This document shows positions 1-9,793 of a stretch of DNA of 49,470 nucleotides, one piece after another. This DNA is from an uncultured Eubacteriales bacterium (lineage in GTDB: Bacteria; Bacillota; Clostridia; Christensenellales; CAG-138). The notes beneath the pieces were generated by a model, which searched no databases, had not been told where the DNA came from, and saw nothing but the letters and a program-made list of their open reading frames with translations. The stretch lies in the NCBI GenBank assembly GCA_900318745.1, contig ONMC01000001.1:1-49470 (forward strand), read 5' to 3'. The position numbers were made by a program, and so were the translations under genes. How positions within the stretch are numbered: position 1 is the first letter of the stretch; each line of letters starts with the position of its first letter.

Positions 1-9
1 GATTTGCAT
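1..9 (-). CDS. 5' start of a gene running off the left edge (MQI...)
   Basis: Reverse strand reads GGAGG-aacggtt-ATG CAA ATC; upstream TTGCAA(78-73)-17-TATGCT(55-50) promoter-like sequence. Confidence 0.6.
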
Positions 10-127
10 AACCGTTCCTCCGTGTTCTGTGCCAGAAACATTATAGAAAAGCATAACAGAAATTGCCGCAGATTGCAAGTTCTGTATCATGGATGCACAG
101 CAGATCGCAATTTTTTCATTTTTGGTC

Positions 128-156
128 TTGTGAACCGCATCAAAGTATGCTATCAT
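128..156 (+). promoter_or_regulatory. sigma-A type promoter of lipoprotein gene
   Basis: TTGTGA-17 nt-TATCAT with extended TG. Confidence 0.55.
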
Positions 157-184
157 AAATCGACTGTCCGATAAGGAGTTTGCT

Positions 185-661
185 ATGAAAAAAATCGTTT
201 CGATCCTGATGATCGCCGTATTCTTGTTTGCCACGGTCGGCTGTTCCTGCGGGCTCAGCTGCTGCGCAAAGTCCCAGGTCCCCACGCCGCCCGAAAACGC
301 CGCGTTTACGCTTGCGTATGACGACCCGTCGATCACGACGCTGCTCGCATACTTCCAGGCGAACACCGGCTATCAGCCGACGTTCACGAACGTGACCGAA
401 TTCGACGAGGTGCATACGGACGTCGTGTCGTGCGCTTCGCTCTCCTGCGTCGCCGTCCTGAAGGACGAGGCGAACGCGGCCGCGCTGGAGGAAGCCGGCT
501 GGACGCGCGTAGCCGTTGAAAACGGCTTTTCGCTGATCGTTCTTGCGGCGCCCGACGGCAGTTCCGCCGTGCGCAACGAGACCGCCGTCTCCGCTCTGAA
601 GGTCTGGCTCGGCGGCACGGAAGCGCGTTATCTTTCGGAGCATCCCGATCTTCTGAAATAA
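185..661 (+). CDS. Hypothetical lipoprotein (possible single lobe of a TupA-like binding protein)
   Basis: AAGGAG RBS; MKK + hydrophobic helix + lipobox-like TVGC; followed by a terminator. Confidence 0.8.
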   Translation: MKKIVSILMIAVFLFATVGCSCGLSCCAKSQVPTPPENAAFTLAYDDPSITTLLAYFQANTGYQPTFTNVTEFDEVHTDVVSCASLSCVAVLKDEANAAALEEAGWTRVAVENGFSLIVLAAPDGSSAVRNETAVSALKVWLGGTEARYLSEHPDLLK

Positions 662-674
662 TCCGATCAAACGC

Positions 675-703
675 GATCCCGAACACGGTTCGGGATCTTT
701 TTT
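675..703 (+). terminator. Intrinsic terminator
   Basis: GATCCCGAAC-acg-GTTCGGGATC followed by T6. Confidence 0.85.
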
Positions 704-719
704 CATGTCCGGACCGCCC

Positions 720-748
720 TTGCGTTCCGGCGTTGCTTTTGGTATAAT
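720..748 (+). promoter_or_regulatory. sigma-A promoter of patatin gene
   Basis: TTGCGT-17 nt-TATAAT, extended TG. Confidence 0.75.
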
Positions 749-790
749 GCAGCAAACGGGTCGACACCCGAACGAAAGGGAGAAACGGTT

Positions 791-1576
791 ATGAGCGAAC
801 GGAAAAAGATCGGCTTGTGCCTCGGCGCAGGCGGCGGCAGAGGCATAGCGCACATCGGCGTACTGCAGGTGCTGGAGGAGCACAACATCCCCATCGATCT
901 GATCTCGGGCTGCAGCGCGGGCGCGCTGGTGGCGGCGATCTACGCGGCGGGCACGGATCTGAAGCTTTTAGAACAGTACCTTGTCACGCTGCTGCCGAAG
1001 GACATCATCGATCCGACGATCATCACGCGCGGCGGCGTGCTCTCGGGCAGCAAGCTCGAGGAGATCGTCTGCACGCTCTCGCACGGACTCAATGTGGAAG
1101 ACACGCGCATCCCCTGCTTCATCGGCGCGACCGATCTGGAGAGCGCAGAATATCACATCTTCGAGCACTGCAAGCTGCATGAGGCGGCGCGCGCCAGCAT
1201 GGCGGTGCCCGGCGTCTTCTCGCCCGCCTATGTGCAGGGACACTGGTACATCGACGGCGGCACGCTGCAGGAGCTGCCGGTCGAGGTTCTGCGCGAGCAC
1301 GGCGCGGACGCGGTCATTGCGGTCGATCTGTCGATCAAACGCCCGTTCGTGATCCAACCCGGCAAGGCGCCGACCGCGCACGCCACGGTGCTGCGCGCCT
1401 TCGACCTGATGCAGAAGGCGATGGGAAGACTTCGGAACGACCCCGTGGACGTGCGCATCAGGCCGGACGTCTCCTTTATGGGGCTCGTCTCCACCAACGG
1501 CGCGGAACGCGCGATCGCGATCGGCCGCGCCTGCGCAGAGGCCGCGATGCCGGAGATCGAAAAGCTTCTCGGCTGA
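791..1576 (+). CDS. Patatin-like phospholipase (RssA/NTE family)
   Basis: GAGGGRG oxyanion loop, GCSAG nucleophile motif, DGG motif; GGGAG RBS. Confidence 0.92.
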   Translation: MSERKKIGLCLGAGGGRGIAHIGVLQVLEEHNIPIDLISGCSAGALVAAIYAAGTDLKLLEQYLVTLLPKDIIDPTIITRGGVLSGSKLEEIVCTLSHGLNVEDTRIPCFIGATDLESAEYHIFEHCKLHEAARASMAVPGVFSPAYVQGHWYIDGGTLQELPVEVLREHGADAVIAVDLSIKRPFVIQPGKAPTAHATVLRAFDLMQKAMGRLRNDPVDVRIRPDVSFMGLVSTNGAERAIAIGRACAEAAMPEIEKLLG

Positions 1577-1596
1577 TCGGTCGGGATTCAGAAAGG

Positions 1597-1625
1597 AAAA
1601 ACGCCGGATCGCTCCGGCGTTTTTT
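1597..1625. terminator. Bidirectional intrinsic terminator
   Basis: AAAA-ACGCCGGA-tcgc-TCCGGCGT-TTTTT between convergent genes. Confidence 0.85.
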
Positions 1626-1627
1626 GA

Positions 1628-2605
1628 TTATGCCAGCGGGAACCGCACCGTGATCTCGGTGCCGATCCCCTCGGCGCTTTCAAGCGTGATCATGGCATGA
1701 TAGCGCTCGCAGATGTGCTTGACGATCGCAAGCCCGAGCCCCGTGCCGCCCGTCGCCTTGCTGCGGCTTTTGTCCACGCGGTAGAACCGCTCGAATATGC
1801 GGTCGCGATGGATCTTCGGAATGCCGATGCCCGTATCGCGCACGGTCAGCGTGCTGTCGAACACGCGTACCGAAACGGTGCCGTTGTCGCGGTTGTAGCG
1901 GATCGCGTTGTCCAAAAGGTTATACACGAGCTCGTTCATCAGTACGGGATTTGCGCGGATGAGCAGCGGCTCGCCGACCAGCTGCACCGTCACGCCGCGC
2001 ACCATTGCGGCGCCCTTCAGCGTTTCGACGTTCTGTGCGGCAAGCGCATACAGATCGACCGTTTCCTCCTCTTCCGCGATGCCGCGCTCCTCCAGCTCCG
2101 AGAGCGAGATGATGTCGGAAACGAGTGCAAGCATCCGGTTCGATTCGCGGCGGATGCGCTCCGCAAACGCGCGGATGTCCCCATCCTTCGCCATGCCGTT
2201 TTCGATCATCTCCGCATAGCCGGAGATCGACGTCAGCGGCGTTTTGAGCTCGTGCGAGACGTTCGCCGTAAACTCGCGGCGGATGCGTTCCACGCGGTAC
2301 TGCTCGCCGATGTCCGTAAACGTCAGCACGGCGCCGGTGCGCAGTCCGTTCTTCGTGAGATCGTGATACTTCACGCGGACCGCCTGCTGATACAGTTCGA
2401 CCGTCTGGCTTTCGCCGCTGCGCACGCCGCCCAAAAACGCGTGGATCGTTTCCGGAAGATCGCTGACGTCCGTCAGCGTACCCGGCTCCATGTGCAGAAG
2501 CCGGCACGCCGCCTCGTTGCAGCACAGCAGACGCCCGTCCAGATCGAACGCCGCAACGCCGTCCTCGAGCGTATCCAGAATGCCCGAAAGGATCGTTTCG
2601 TTCAT
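1628..2605 (-). CDS. PhoR-like sensor histidine kinase (PAS-HisKA-HATPase, no TM helices)
   Basis: ANVSHELKTPLT H-box, NLLDNAIRY N-box, DTGIGI, IFERFYRVDKSRS, GGTGLGL. Confidence 0.9.
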   Translation of the reverse strand: MNETILSGILDTLEDGVAAFDLDGRLLCCNEAACRLLHMEPGTLTDVSDLPETIHAFLGGVRSGESQTVELYQQAVRVKYHDLTKNGLRTGAVLTFTDIGEQYRVERIRREFTANVSHELKTPLTSISGYAEMIENGMAKDGDIRAFAERIRRESNRMLALVSDIISLSELEERGIAEEEETVDLYALAAQNVETLKGAAMVRGVTVQLVGEPLLIRANPVLMNELVYNLLDNAIRYNRDNGTVSVRVFDSTLTVRDTGIGIPKIHRDRIFERFYRVDKSRSKATGGTGLGLAIVKHICERYHAMITLESAEGIGTEITVRFPLA

Positions 2606-2608
2606 CGC

Positions 2609-3277
2609 TTACCTCCCGAGCTGATACCCCACGTTGCGCACCGTCAGAATGAGCGCGCCGGACGCGCCGAGCTTCTTTCGCAGCGTTTTGATGTGCATAT
2701 CGACGGTCCGCGTCTCTCCGGTGAACGCAAATCCCCAGACCGCCTCCATCAGCCGCTCGCGCGTGACCGTGGTACCGCAGTTTTCCAGCAGGAATTTCAG
2801 AAGCATATACTCCTTGAACGTCAGTTCCACATCGCGTCCGTTTTCCGTGACACGGTGGCGCTCGTCGTCCATCTCGATCGATTCGTACGCGAGCACGGTC
2901 ATCAGCCGGTTTGAGCGGCGCAGCAGCGCCTTACAGCGCGAAACCAGTTCCATGATGCCGAACGGCTTGACAAGATAATCGTCCGCGCCGGAATCGAGCC
3001 CGCGCACGCGGTCCGCCTCGCTCGTTTTGGCGGTGACCATCATGATCGGGATCGCCTGCGTCGTATGTCCCTCGCGCAGTTTTTTCAGCACCGAGAGCCC
3101 GTCCTCGCCGGGCAGCATGATATCGAGCAGAATGAGATCCGGCAGCCGTTCGGACAGCGCCTTAAAGAACGTCTCGCCGTTCGTGAACGCATCGACGGAA
3201 AGACCTGCGCTCTTCAGAGCGTAGGTCTCCATCTCGCGGATATCGATATCGTCTTCTATGATATAAACCAGCGCCAT
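2609..3277 (-). CDS. OmpR/PhoB-family response regulator
   Basis: IIEDD, LLDIMLP, GADDYLVKPF, TRTVDMHIKTLRKKL; start set at ATG 3277 immediately after the pepV stop. Confidence 0.9.
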   Translation of the reverse strand: MALVYIIEDDIDIREMETYALKSAGLSVDAFTNGETFFKALSERLPDLILLDIMLPGEDGLSVLKKLREGHTTQAIPIMMVTAKTSEADRVRGLDSGADDYLVKPFGIMELVSRCKALLRRSNRLMTVLAYESIEMDDERHRVTENGRDVELTFKEYMLLKFLLENCGTTVTRERLMEAVWGFAFTGETRTVDMHIKTLRKKLGASGALILTVRNVGYQLGR

Positions 3278-3278
3278 C

Positions 3279-4610
3279 TTATTCGGCGGCGAGGCGTCTG
3301 ATCGCTTCCGCCATGCACATGGTGTTGAAGCGAATGTCCTCGATCGAGATCGACTCGTCCGGCATATGGCACATGCTCTCCTCGCCCTCGCGCACGATGC
3401 CGAACGCGACCGCGTTCTCCATTTCACGCGCATAGGTGCCGCCGCCCATCGACAGGGGCTTCGAATCGGAACCGTTCAGTTCGTTGTAAATGTTCATCAG
3501 CGTGGAAACAAGTTCCGAGTCCGCCGGAATGAAGTGACCCGGCTTGATCGTCGTTTCGGTGCGCACAAAGCCCGCTTTGCCGTACGCGTCGTCCCATTTC
3601 TTCAAAAGGTCCTCCGCCTTTGCGGTGAACGGGTGGCGGCAGTCGGCGATGAAGCGCACGCCGTTCTCGTCGAAGCGGATCACGTCGGGCGAATACGTGG
3701 TGCGTCCGGACTCGTCGGTCACGTCGACGCCGAGCGTCTCGCCGTGCAGGTCAAACTGCCACAGCGCATGCAGCGCGCGGACGGTTTCTTTGTCCGCTTC
3801 CGGCAGCGGCTGCGCGGTCAGGATCTTCAGAAGCGCCTGCAGCGCGTTCTTCGCAAACTCCGGCATCGACGCGTGCCCGCCGCGGCCTTCGACCGTGATG
3901 CGGTTTTCGTCGTACGTTACGGTATAGCCCGACGGCGCGTGGATCGGAACCGCCTTGCACGGAAGCTCCGCGCGGATTACGCCCGGAATGACGTTCGCCG
4001 CCGTGCCGCAGTCGATGCGAAGCGAAGACGGATAATGCTTTTCGTACGTCGTGTGCATGATGCCCATCTCGGAATTGACGACCGGATATTCGGCGTCCGG
4101 CGTGAACGCCAGCGTCGGCTGACCTTCGACCTTCAGATAATGCTCGACGCCCAACGATCCGATCTCCTCGTCGCAGCCGAGGATCACGCGTACGCGCCGC
4201 TTCATTTTAAGACCGCATTCCTTTGCGGCAGCCAGCGCATAGATCGCGCTCAAAGCCGGGCTCTTGTCGTCCAACGTGCCGCGTCCGATGATGCGGCCGT
4301 CCTTTTCGGTTGCGGCATACGGCGGGACCGACCAGCCCTCACCCTCCGGGACCACGTCGAGATGCGCGAGAATGCCGAGCGTTTCTTCGCCTTCTCCGTA
4401 CTCGACCACACCGCAGTAGCCGTCGACGTCCCATGCTTTGAGACCGAGGCGTCTCGCGATCGCGAGCGTCGCCTGAAGCGCTTCATACACGGTCTTGCCG
4501 AAGGGCTTGCCGGGCTCCGCGGGATCGCCGCGGGAGACGGACGGGATGCGCACGAGGGCTTTGAGGTCCTCGACCTGCGCGGGCAGCGTTTGTTCGATCC
4601 AGTTTTTCAT
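3279..4610 (-). CDS. pepV: M20 dipeptidase, PepV/Sapep family (ArcT-like)
   Basis: LAHLDVVP, GRGTLDDK, GCDEEIG, GGGTYAR, HMPDE metal-binding motifs. Confidence 0.85.
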   Translation of the reverse strand: MKNWIEQTLPAQVEDLKALVRIPSVSRGDPAEPGKPFGKTVYEALQATLAIARRLGLKAWDVDGYCGVVEYGEGEETLGILAHLDVVPEGEGWSVPPYAATEKDGRIIGRGTLDDKSPALSAIYALAAAKECGLKMKRRVRVILGCDEEIGSLGVEHYLKVEGQPTLAFTPDAEYPVVNSEMGIMHTTYEKHYPSSLRIDCGTAANVIPGVIRAELPCKAVPIHAPSGYTVTYDENRITVEGRGGHASMPEFAKNALQALLKILTAQPLPEADKETVRALHALWQFDLHGETLGVDVTDESGRTTYSPDVIRFDENGVRFIADCRHPFTAKAEDLLKKWDDAYGKAGFVRTETTIKPGHFIPADSELVSTLMNIYNELNGSDSKPLSMGGGTYAREMENAVAFGIVREGEESMCHMPDESISIEDIRFNTMCMAEAIRRLAAE

Positions 4611-4628
4611 GTTCGTACTTCCTTTCTG

Positions 4629-5567
4629 TCAGTTGACTGCGGAGAAGCCCTTGCCGATGACCTCCCGCGTATCGATAATGGAGATGATGGCCTTCGGATC
4701 CTTTTCGAGAACGAGGCGGCGGATGCTGCCGAGCTCGATCGTCTTGGTCAGAATGTAGACCAGCGTCTTTTCCTGATTGGTGTATGCGCCGCGGCACGGA
4801 ATGTAGGTGACGCCGCGATGCATCTTATTGAGCACTTCCGGCGCGATCTCTTCCCATTTGTCGGAGATGATGAACAGCGTCTTGGTGCGGTTGATGCCGA
4901 GAATGACGTTATTGAACGCGATCGTCGTCACGAACAGCGCGATGAACGACAGCGCTGCGCCTTCCACGCCGACGCGGTAATCCCCCGCGCCGAGCGCTTT
5001 CATAACGCCGAGCGCGAGCGCGATCACGATGTTCAGCGACATAGAGATCGTACCCATCGAAATCGAATACTTGCGGTTTAAGAGCAGCGAGACGATGTCC
5101 ATGCCGCCCGTGCTGCCGCCGAGCCGCACGATCATGCCGCCCGAAACGCCCATCGTGACGGCACCGAAGATCACGCTCACCACGCGCCACGCGGGCTCGC
5201 TCACGTCAAACAGCTCGGGAAGATTCAGGTTTCCGAACAGCGCAAGCTCCGCGGCGAACAGGACCGTCATCAGAAACGTATAGACCGTAAAGCGGATGTG
5301 CAGATATTTGAACGCAAGGATCAGCAGCGGCGTGTTTGCGATCACAACGAAAATCCAGTTCGGGATCACGCCGTTTGTGGCATACGTGATCAGCATCGCG
5401 ATGCCCGTGACGCCGCCGGTGACGACGCCCGCAGGCGTGTACAGAAGCGTGACCGCCAGCGCCTCGACCGTGATCATCAGCGTCATCAGTACGATCGTCT
5501 TGCTCTCGCGCAAGACGGTCTGCATGCGCTTCGGCTTTTTTTCGTTCGTCGGTTTGACCGGTCTCAT
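4629..5567 (-). CDS. YitT family membrane protein (C-terminal DUF2179)
   Basis: TGGVTGIA, GGSTGGMDIV, HRGVT..GAYT, DPKAI..EVIGKGF; GGAGG RBS before ATG 5567. Confidence 0.88.
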   Translation of the reverse strand: MRPVKPTNEKKPKRMQTVLRESKTIVLMTLMITVEALAVTLLYTPAGVVTGGVTGIAMLITYATNGVIPNWIFVVIANTPLLILAFKYLHIRFTVYTFLMTVLFAAELALFGNLNLPELFDVSEPAWRVVSVIFGAVTMGVSGGMIVRLGGSTGGMDIVSLLLNRKYSISMGTISMSLNIVIALALGVMKALGAGDYRVGVEGAALSFIALFVTTIAFNNVILGINRTKTLFIISDKWEEIAPEVLNKMHRGVTYIPCRGAYTNQEKTLVYILTKTIELGSIRRLVLEKDPKAIISIIDTREVIGKGFSAVN

Positions 5568-5595
5568 ACTTCCTCCCGCAAATTTCTTCGAATAC

Positions 5596-5624
5596 AGTAT
5601 AGCAAGTTTTTTGCGCAAGCGCAA
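5596..5624 (-). promoter_or_regulatory. sigma-A promoter of yitT-pepV-RR-HK operon
   Basis: TTGCGC-17 nt-TATACT with extended TG. Confidence 0.7.
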
Positions 5625-5646
5625 CCCCGCGGGCGCCGCGCGGCAC

Positions 5647-5675
5647 AGAAAAAGCGAGCGTCGGATGACGCTCGC
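5647..5675 (-). terminator. Intrinsic terminator after ornithine carbamoyltransferase
   Basis: GCGAGCGTC-atcc-GACGCTCGC-TTTTT on the minus strand. Confidence 0.85.
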
Positions 5676-5690
5676 CCGTATACGGTTTGC

Positions 5691-6683
5691 TTATTTGTCC
5701 AGCGTGTCGGACATGGTGGCGACCATGACCGCCTTGATCGTGTGCATGCGGTTCTCCGCCTCGTCGAACACGACGCTGTGCTTCGAACGGAAGACTTCGT
5801 CGGAAACTTCCATTTCCTTAAGACCGAAGCGCTCGTAGATGTCCTTGCCGACGCTCGTTTCGAGGTCGTGGAACGACGGCAGGCAATGCTCGAAGATGAC
5901 GTCGGGATTGCCGGTCTTCTTCAGCATATCCATCGTGACGCGATACGGCTCGAGGAGACGGATGCGCTCTTCGAACTGCGCTTCCTCGCCCATCGATACC
6001 CAGACGTCGGTGTAGATGACGTCCGCGCCTTCGACTGCATCGATCGAATCGGACAGCTCGATCTTGCCGCCGGTCTCCTTGCAGAGCTCACGCATACGGC
6101 TCACAAGCTCCTCGGACGGGAACAGCTCTTTGGGCGCGATGCCGACAAAGTGCATGCCCATCTTGGCGCAGCCGATCATCAGGGAGTTGCCCATGTTGTT
6201 GCGCGCATCGCCGACATACACGAACTTGACCTCATGGAGCGGCTTTTTGACGTGCTCTTCGATGGTCATCCAGTCCGCCAGAACCTGCGTCGGATGATAC
6301 AGGTCGGTCAGTCCGTTCCATACCGGAACGCCGCTGTACTTCGCGAGCAGCTCAACAGTCTCCTGCTTGAAGCCGCGGAACTCGATGCCGTCGTAGAAGC
6401 GGCCGAGCACCTTTGCGGTGTCTTCGAGCGATTCCTTCTTGCCCATCTGGGAGTTACTGAGGAACGTGACGTTTGCGCCTTCGTCGTATGCAGCGGTTTC
6501 AAACGCGCAGCGGGTGCGGGTGCTGGTTTTCTCGAACAGCAGCACGACGTTCTTGTTCGCCATGCGCTTCGGGAAAATGCCCTGTTTCTTTTCGGCCTTG
6601 ACCTGATGTGCGAGCTTCAGAAGCGCGCGGATCTCATCGGGCGTGTAGTCGAGCAGCGTGAGAAAGTTTCTTCCCTGGAACAT
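5691..6683 (-). CDS. argF: Ornithine carbamoyltransferase (likely catabolic ArcB by context)
   Basis: STRTR, HPTQ, DVWVSMG, HCLP motifs; directly downstream of arcA. Confidence 0.95.
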   Translation of the reverse strand: MFQGRNFLTLLDYTPDEIRALLKLAHQVKAEKKQGIFPKRMANKNVVLLFEKTSTRTRCAFETAAYDEGANVTFLSNSQMGKKESLEDTAKVLGRFYDGIEFRGFKQETVELLAKYSGVPVWNGLTDLYHPTQVLADWMTIEEHVKKPLHEVKFVYVGDARNNMGNSLMIGCAKMGMHFVGIAPKELFPSEELVSRMRELCKETGGKIELSDSIDAVEGADVIYTDVWVSMGEEAQFEERIRLLEPYRVTMDMLKKTGNPDVIFEHCLPSFHDLETSVGKDIYERFGLKEMEVSDEVFRSKHSVVFDEAENRMHTIKAVMVATMSDTLDK

Positions 6684-6725
6684 AATGTGTTTCCTTTCTG
6701 TTATGTAATATTTCGGAAATTCGGA

Positions 6726-7946
6726 TCATTTCGTGATCGGCTCGCGCACAAACGGCATGCTCATGCAGCGCGGACCGCCGCGGCCTCTCGAAAGTTCTGC
6801 GGACGGGATCTCGTGAACGGTGATGCCGTTCTCCCTTAAGATCCGGTTGGTCACGTAGTTTCTCGAATACGTGACGACCTCGCCGGGCGCCACGCACAGC
6901 GTGTTCGCGCCGTCGTTCCACTGCTCGCGCGCCGCGTCGATCTCGCTCGCGCCGCCGCATTCGATGAAACGGATCTTGCGGTCGAGCACGTCGGAAAAGA
7001 CCTCGACGAGCGGACGCGCATCCTCTTCGATCCGGATGCGTCTGCCGTCCGGCTTCGTCAGCCGGAACGCGCGCATCGTGCGAAGGATGTTCGGATGCAC
7101 GACGAACGTGTCCACGTCCACCATCGTCATGACGGTGTCGAGATGCATGAACGCGCGCACCTTCGGGATATCGACCGCCAGGATCTGACGGATGCCGGTA
7201 CGCTCGCCGATCAGACGGTTCGCAGCAAGCTCCACCGCCTGCGCGCTCGTGCGCTGCGACATGCCGAACGCCACGGTTTCGGGCGAAAGCACAAGGCAGT
7301 CGCCGCCTTCGAGCGAATGCACGTCGGTGCGATCGTGATACTTCGGGACCCACTTATAGACCGGATGATACTTGAAAATATATTTTGCGAACAGCGTTTC
7401 GCGCCGTCTGACTTCGTTCGCCATGCGCGAGATCAGCACGCCGTCGCCCACGTTCATGAACGGGTCGCGCGTGAAATACAGATTCGGCATGGGATCGACG
7501 TAGAACGGATACTTATCGTCGGTATAATCGACGAGATGACGCTTTTCGACCTTATCGAGATCGCTCTTGCGCACGCCGCCCGCCAGGATCTGCACGAGCT
7601 CGTCGAGCGGTTTCGAGGACAGATATGCGTTGACCGCCTGTTCCGCGCCTTCGGCGTTGATGTTTGCCTCGCGGATGTACTCCCAGATCAGCTCCTCCTG
7701 CGCACCCGCCGCCTCGATCGCTTCCTTCAGAAGCTCCTCAAGGTACAGCACCTGCACGCCGCAGTCGCGCAGCGTCTTTGCGAACTGATCGTGTTCCTCC
7801 CTGGCATGGACCAGATACGGAATGTCGTCGAACAATTGACGGGAAAGATAATCGGGCATCAGGTTTTCGAGCTCCTTGCCCGGTCTGTGCAGCATGACAG
7901 TCCTGAGCCGTCCGACTTCGGACTGCACGCAAATCGGTTTATCCAT
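6726..7946 (-). CDS. arcA: Arginine deiminase
   Basis: LFDDIP, PMPNLYFTRD, EGGD, MHLDT, EQWNDG, GRGGPRCMS catalytic Cys. Confidence 0.96.
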   Translation of the reverse strand: MDKPICVQSEVGRLRTVMLHRPGKELENLMPDYLSRQLFDDIPYLVHAREEHDQFAKTLRDCGVQVLYLEELLKEAIEAAGAQEELIWEYIREANINAEGAEQAVNAYLSSKPLDELVQILAGGVRKSDLDKVEKRHLVDYTDDKYPFYVDPMPNLYFTRDPFMNVGDGVLISRMANEVRRRETLFAKYIFKYHPVYKWVPKYHDRTDVHSLEGGDCLVLSPETVAFGMSQRTSAQAVELAANRLIGERTGIRQILAVDIPKVRAFMHLDTVMTMVDVDTFVVHPNILRTMRAFRLTKPDGRRIRIEEDARPLVEVFSDVLDRKIRFIECGGASEIDAAREQWNDGANTLCVAPGEVVTYSRNYVTNRILRENGITVHEIPSAELSRGRGGPRCMSMPFVREPITK

Positions 7947-7957
7947 CCAACTCCTCC

Positions 7958-8842
7958 TTATTCGGTTGCCTCCGAATTGAAATACGTCAGGATCCCCTCG
8001 GAAATCCCAAATGCCATCTTATCTTGAAATGCGGCGTTCGTCAAGAGCAAGTCTTCCGTTTCATTGCTCAGATACCCCATTTCTATACAAATGACCGGTC
8101 TCGTGCACCAATTGAAGCACGCCTGATCGCGCCGGTAGGTAATGCCGGGGAGCTTGTGCACCGCGATGCCGGTCGCCGCGCAGTACGAAGCGAGGATCGT
8201 GTCGGCCGCTTCCGTGTTTTCCGAAAAATGCTCCGTGCAGTCGTGCTCGGGCACCATCATGAACGCGCCGCGCTCCGACGTATCGTCCGTGCCGTTGCAG
8301 TGCAGCAGGATCGCAAGGTCCGCTTCGCTCTCGTTGATGATCGCGGCGCGCGCGCTTTGCGACAGATTCACATCGTTCGTCGTGCGCGTCAGGATCGCCG
8401 TCGCGCCGTTCGCCTCCAGCAGCGCTTTGAGCTTCTGCGCCACGTCGAGGTTGACCTGATATTCGTACACGTTCGACGCGATCCCGCGCGTGCCCGCCGT
8501 GCAGGCATATGTCTGCTCGGTCGAGTCCGGTCCGAGCGGGATCATGCCGTAATCCGGTTTCGCCTGATGCCCCGGATCGATCGCGATCGTGATCCCGTAC
8601 AGCGGCGGTTCGGGCGTGGGCGTCGGCTCCGGCGTCGGAGGCGGCGGCACCGTCGGCGCTGCGGCGGGCGTCGCCGTTTCGATCGCGACGGCAACCGGCG
8701 TTTCCTCCGGTACGGCCGTAACGACCGGCGTCGCGGGGACCTCCGTCGGTTCGGGCGTTCGTTCGGCTTCGGGCGCACCCAAAAGAGCGCAGCCGAAAAG
8801 CAGCGCCGTGATCGGCAGAACGATCGTCCATCGAAGCTTCAT
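7958..8842 (-). CDS. N-acetylmuramoyl-L-alanine amidase (Amidase_3), lipoprotein-like with Pro/Thr linker
   Basis: Signal with LFGC; IDPGH, E..VNL, LHCN, IEMGYLSN zinc/catalytic motifs. Confidence 0.88.
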   Translation of the reverse strand: MKLRWTIVLPITALLFGCALLGAPEAERTPEPTEVPATPVVTAVPEETPVAVAIETATPAAAPTVPPPPTPEPTPTPEPPLYGITIAIDPGHQAKPDYGMIPLGPDSTEQTYACTAGTRGIASNVYEYQVNLDVAQKLKALLEANGATAILTRTTNDVNLSQSARAAIINESEADLAILLHCNGTDDTSERGAFMMVPEHDCTEHFSENTEAADTILASYCAATGIAVHKLPGITYRRDQACFNWCTRPVICIEMGYLSNETEDLLLTNAAFQDKMAFGISEGILTYFNSEATE

Positions 8843-8843
8843 T

Positions 8844-9437
8844 TTATAAGATCCTGCGCCCTTCCAACGCCTTTGCCAGCGTCACTTCATCGGTATATTC
8901 GAGATTGCCGCCGATCGGGATGCCGTGCGCGATGCGCGACGTCACGATCCCCATCGGCTTCAAAAGCTTTGCGATATATGCCGCGGTGGCTTCGCCTTCC
9001 ACGTCGGGATTCGTGGCAAGGATGACCTCCTTGACCTGTCCCGATTTGCACCGCTCGATCAGCGCGTTGATGCGCAGCGCGCCGGGACCGATGCCGTTCA
9101 TCGGCGAAAGCGAGCCGTTCAGCACATGATAATGCCCCCTGAACTCGCGCGTTTTTTCCATGGAAAGCACGTCGCGCGCGTCGCTCACCACGCACACCGT
9201 TTCCTCGGTGCGCCGCGGATCCGCGCAGATCTCGCACGTATCCAGATCGGTGAACGCGCCGCAGATCGGGCACGGATGCACCTTTTCGCGCGCGTCGTTG
9301 ATCGCCTCGGACAGCTCCTGCGCCTGCTCTTTCGGCACGCTCAGAAGATGATACGCGAGCCGCTGCGCCGTCTTGTGTCCGACGCCGGGCAGCCGCGCAA
9401 GCTGCGTCGTCAGTTTTTCGATCGATGCGATTGCCAT
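8844..9437 (-). CDS. recR: Recombination mediator RecR
   Basis: LPGVGHKTAQRLA HhH, CxxC..CxxC zinc finger, EVILATNPDVEGEAT Toprim. Confidence 0.97.
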   Translation of the reverse strand: MAIASIEKLTTQLARLPGVGHKTAQRLAYHLLSVPKEQAQELSEAINDAREKVHPCPICGAFTDLDTCEICADPRRTEETVCVVSDARDVLSMEKTREFRGHYHVLNGSLSPMNGIGPGALRINALIERCKSGQVKEVILATNPDVEGEATAAYIAKLLKPMGIVTSRIAHGIPIGGNLEYTDEVTLAKALEGRRIL

Positions 9438-9438
9438 A

Positions 9439-9780
9439 TCAGAAGCCGAGACCCATGCCGCCGGTGATCTTCGCCATCTCGCGTTCGACGGTATCGGACG
9501 CCTCCTTCAGCGCCGCGTTCACGCCCGCCACGATCAGATCCTCGAGCATTTCCACATCGTCCGGATCGACGCACGCGGGATCCAGCTTGATCGACTGCAC
9601 GGTCTTGTCGCCGAGCACGGTGACCGTCACCATGCCGCCGCCCGCCGTTGCCGAGAACTCGGCCGCGTTGAGCTCATCCTGCTTTCTCTGGATGTCCTGC
9701 TGCATCTTCTGCGCTTTCATCATCATCTGCTGCATGTTCATGCCGCCCATGCCGCCTCTCGGGAATCCGCCTTTTGCCAT
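9439..9780 (-). CDS. YbaB/EbfC nucleoid-associated protein
   Basis: AGGGMVTV, DPDDVEMLEDLI; canonical position between dnaX and recR. Confidence 0.95.
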   Translation of the reverse strand: MAKGGFPRGGMGGMNMQQMMMKAQKMQQDIQRKQDELNAAEFSATAGGGMVTVTVLGDKTVQSIKLDPACVDPDDVEMLEDLIVAGVNAALKEASDTVEREMAKITGGMGLGF

Positions 9781-9793
9781 GTTGTTACCTCCG

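Noticed and set aside
680-692. LexA box CGAAC...GTTCG
   Set aside because: Spacer is 3 nt rather than 4, and the dyad is the stem of a terminator.
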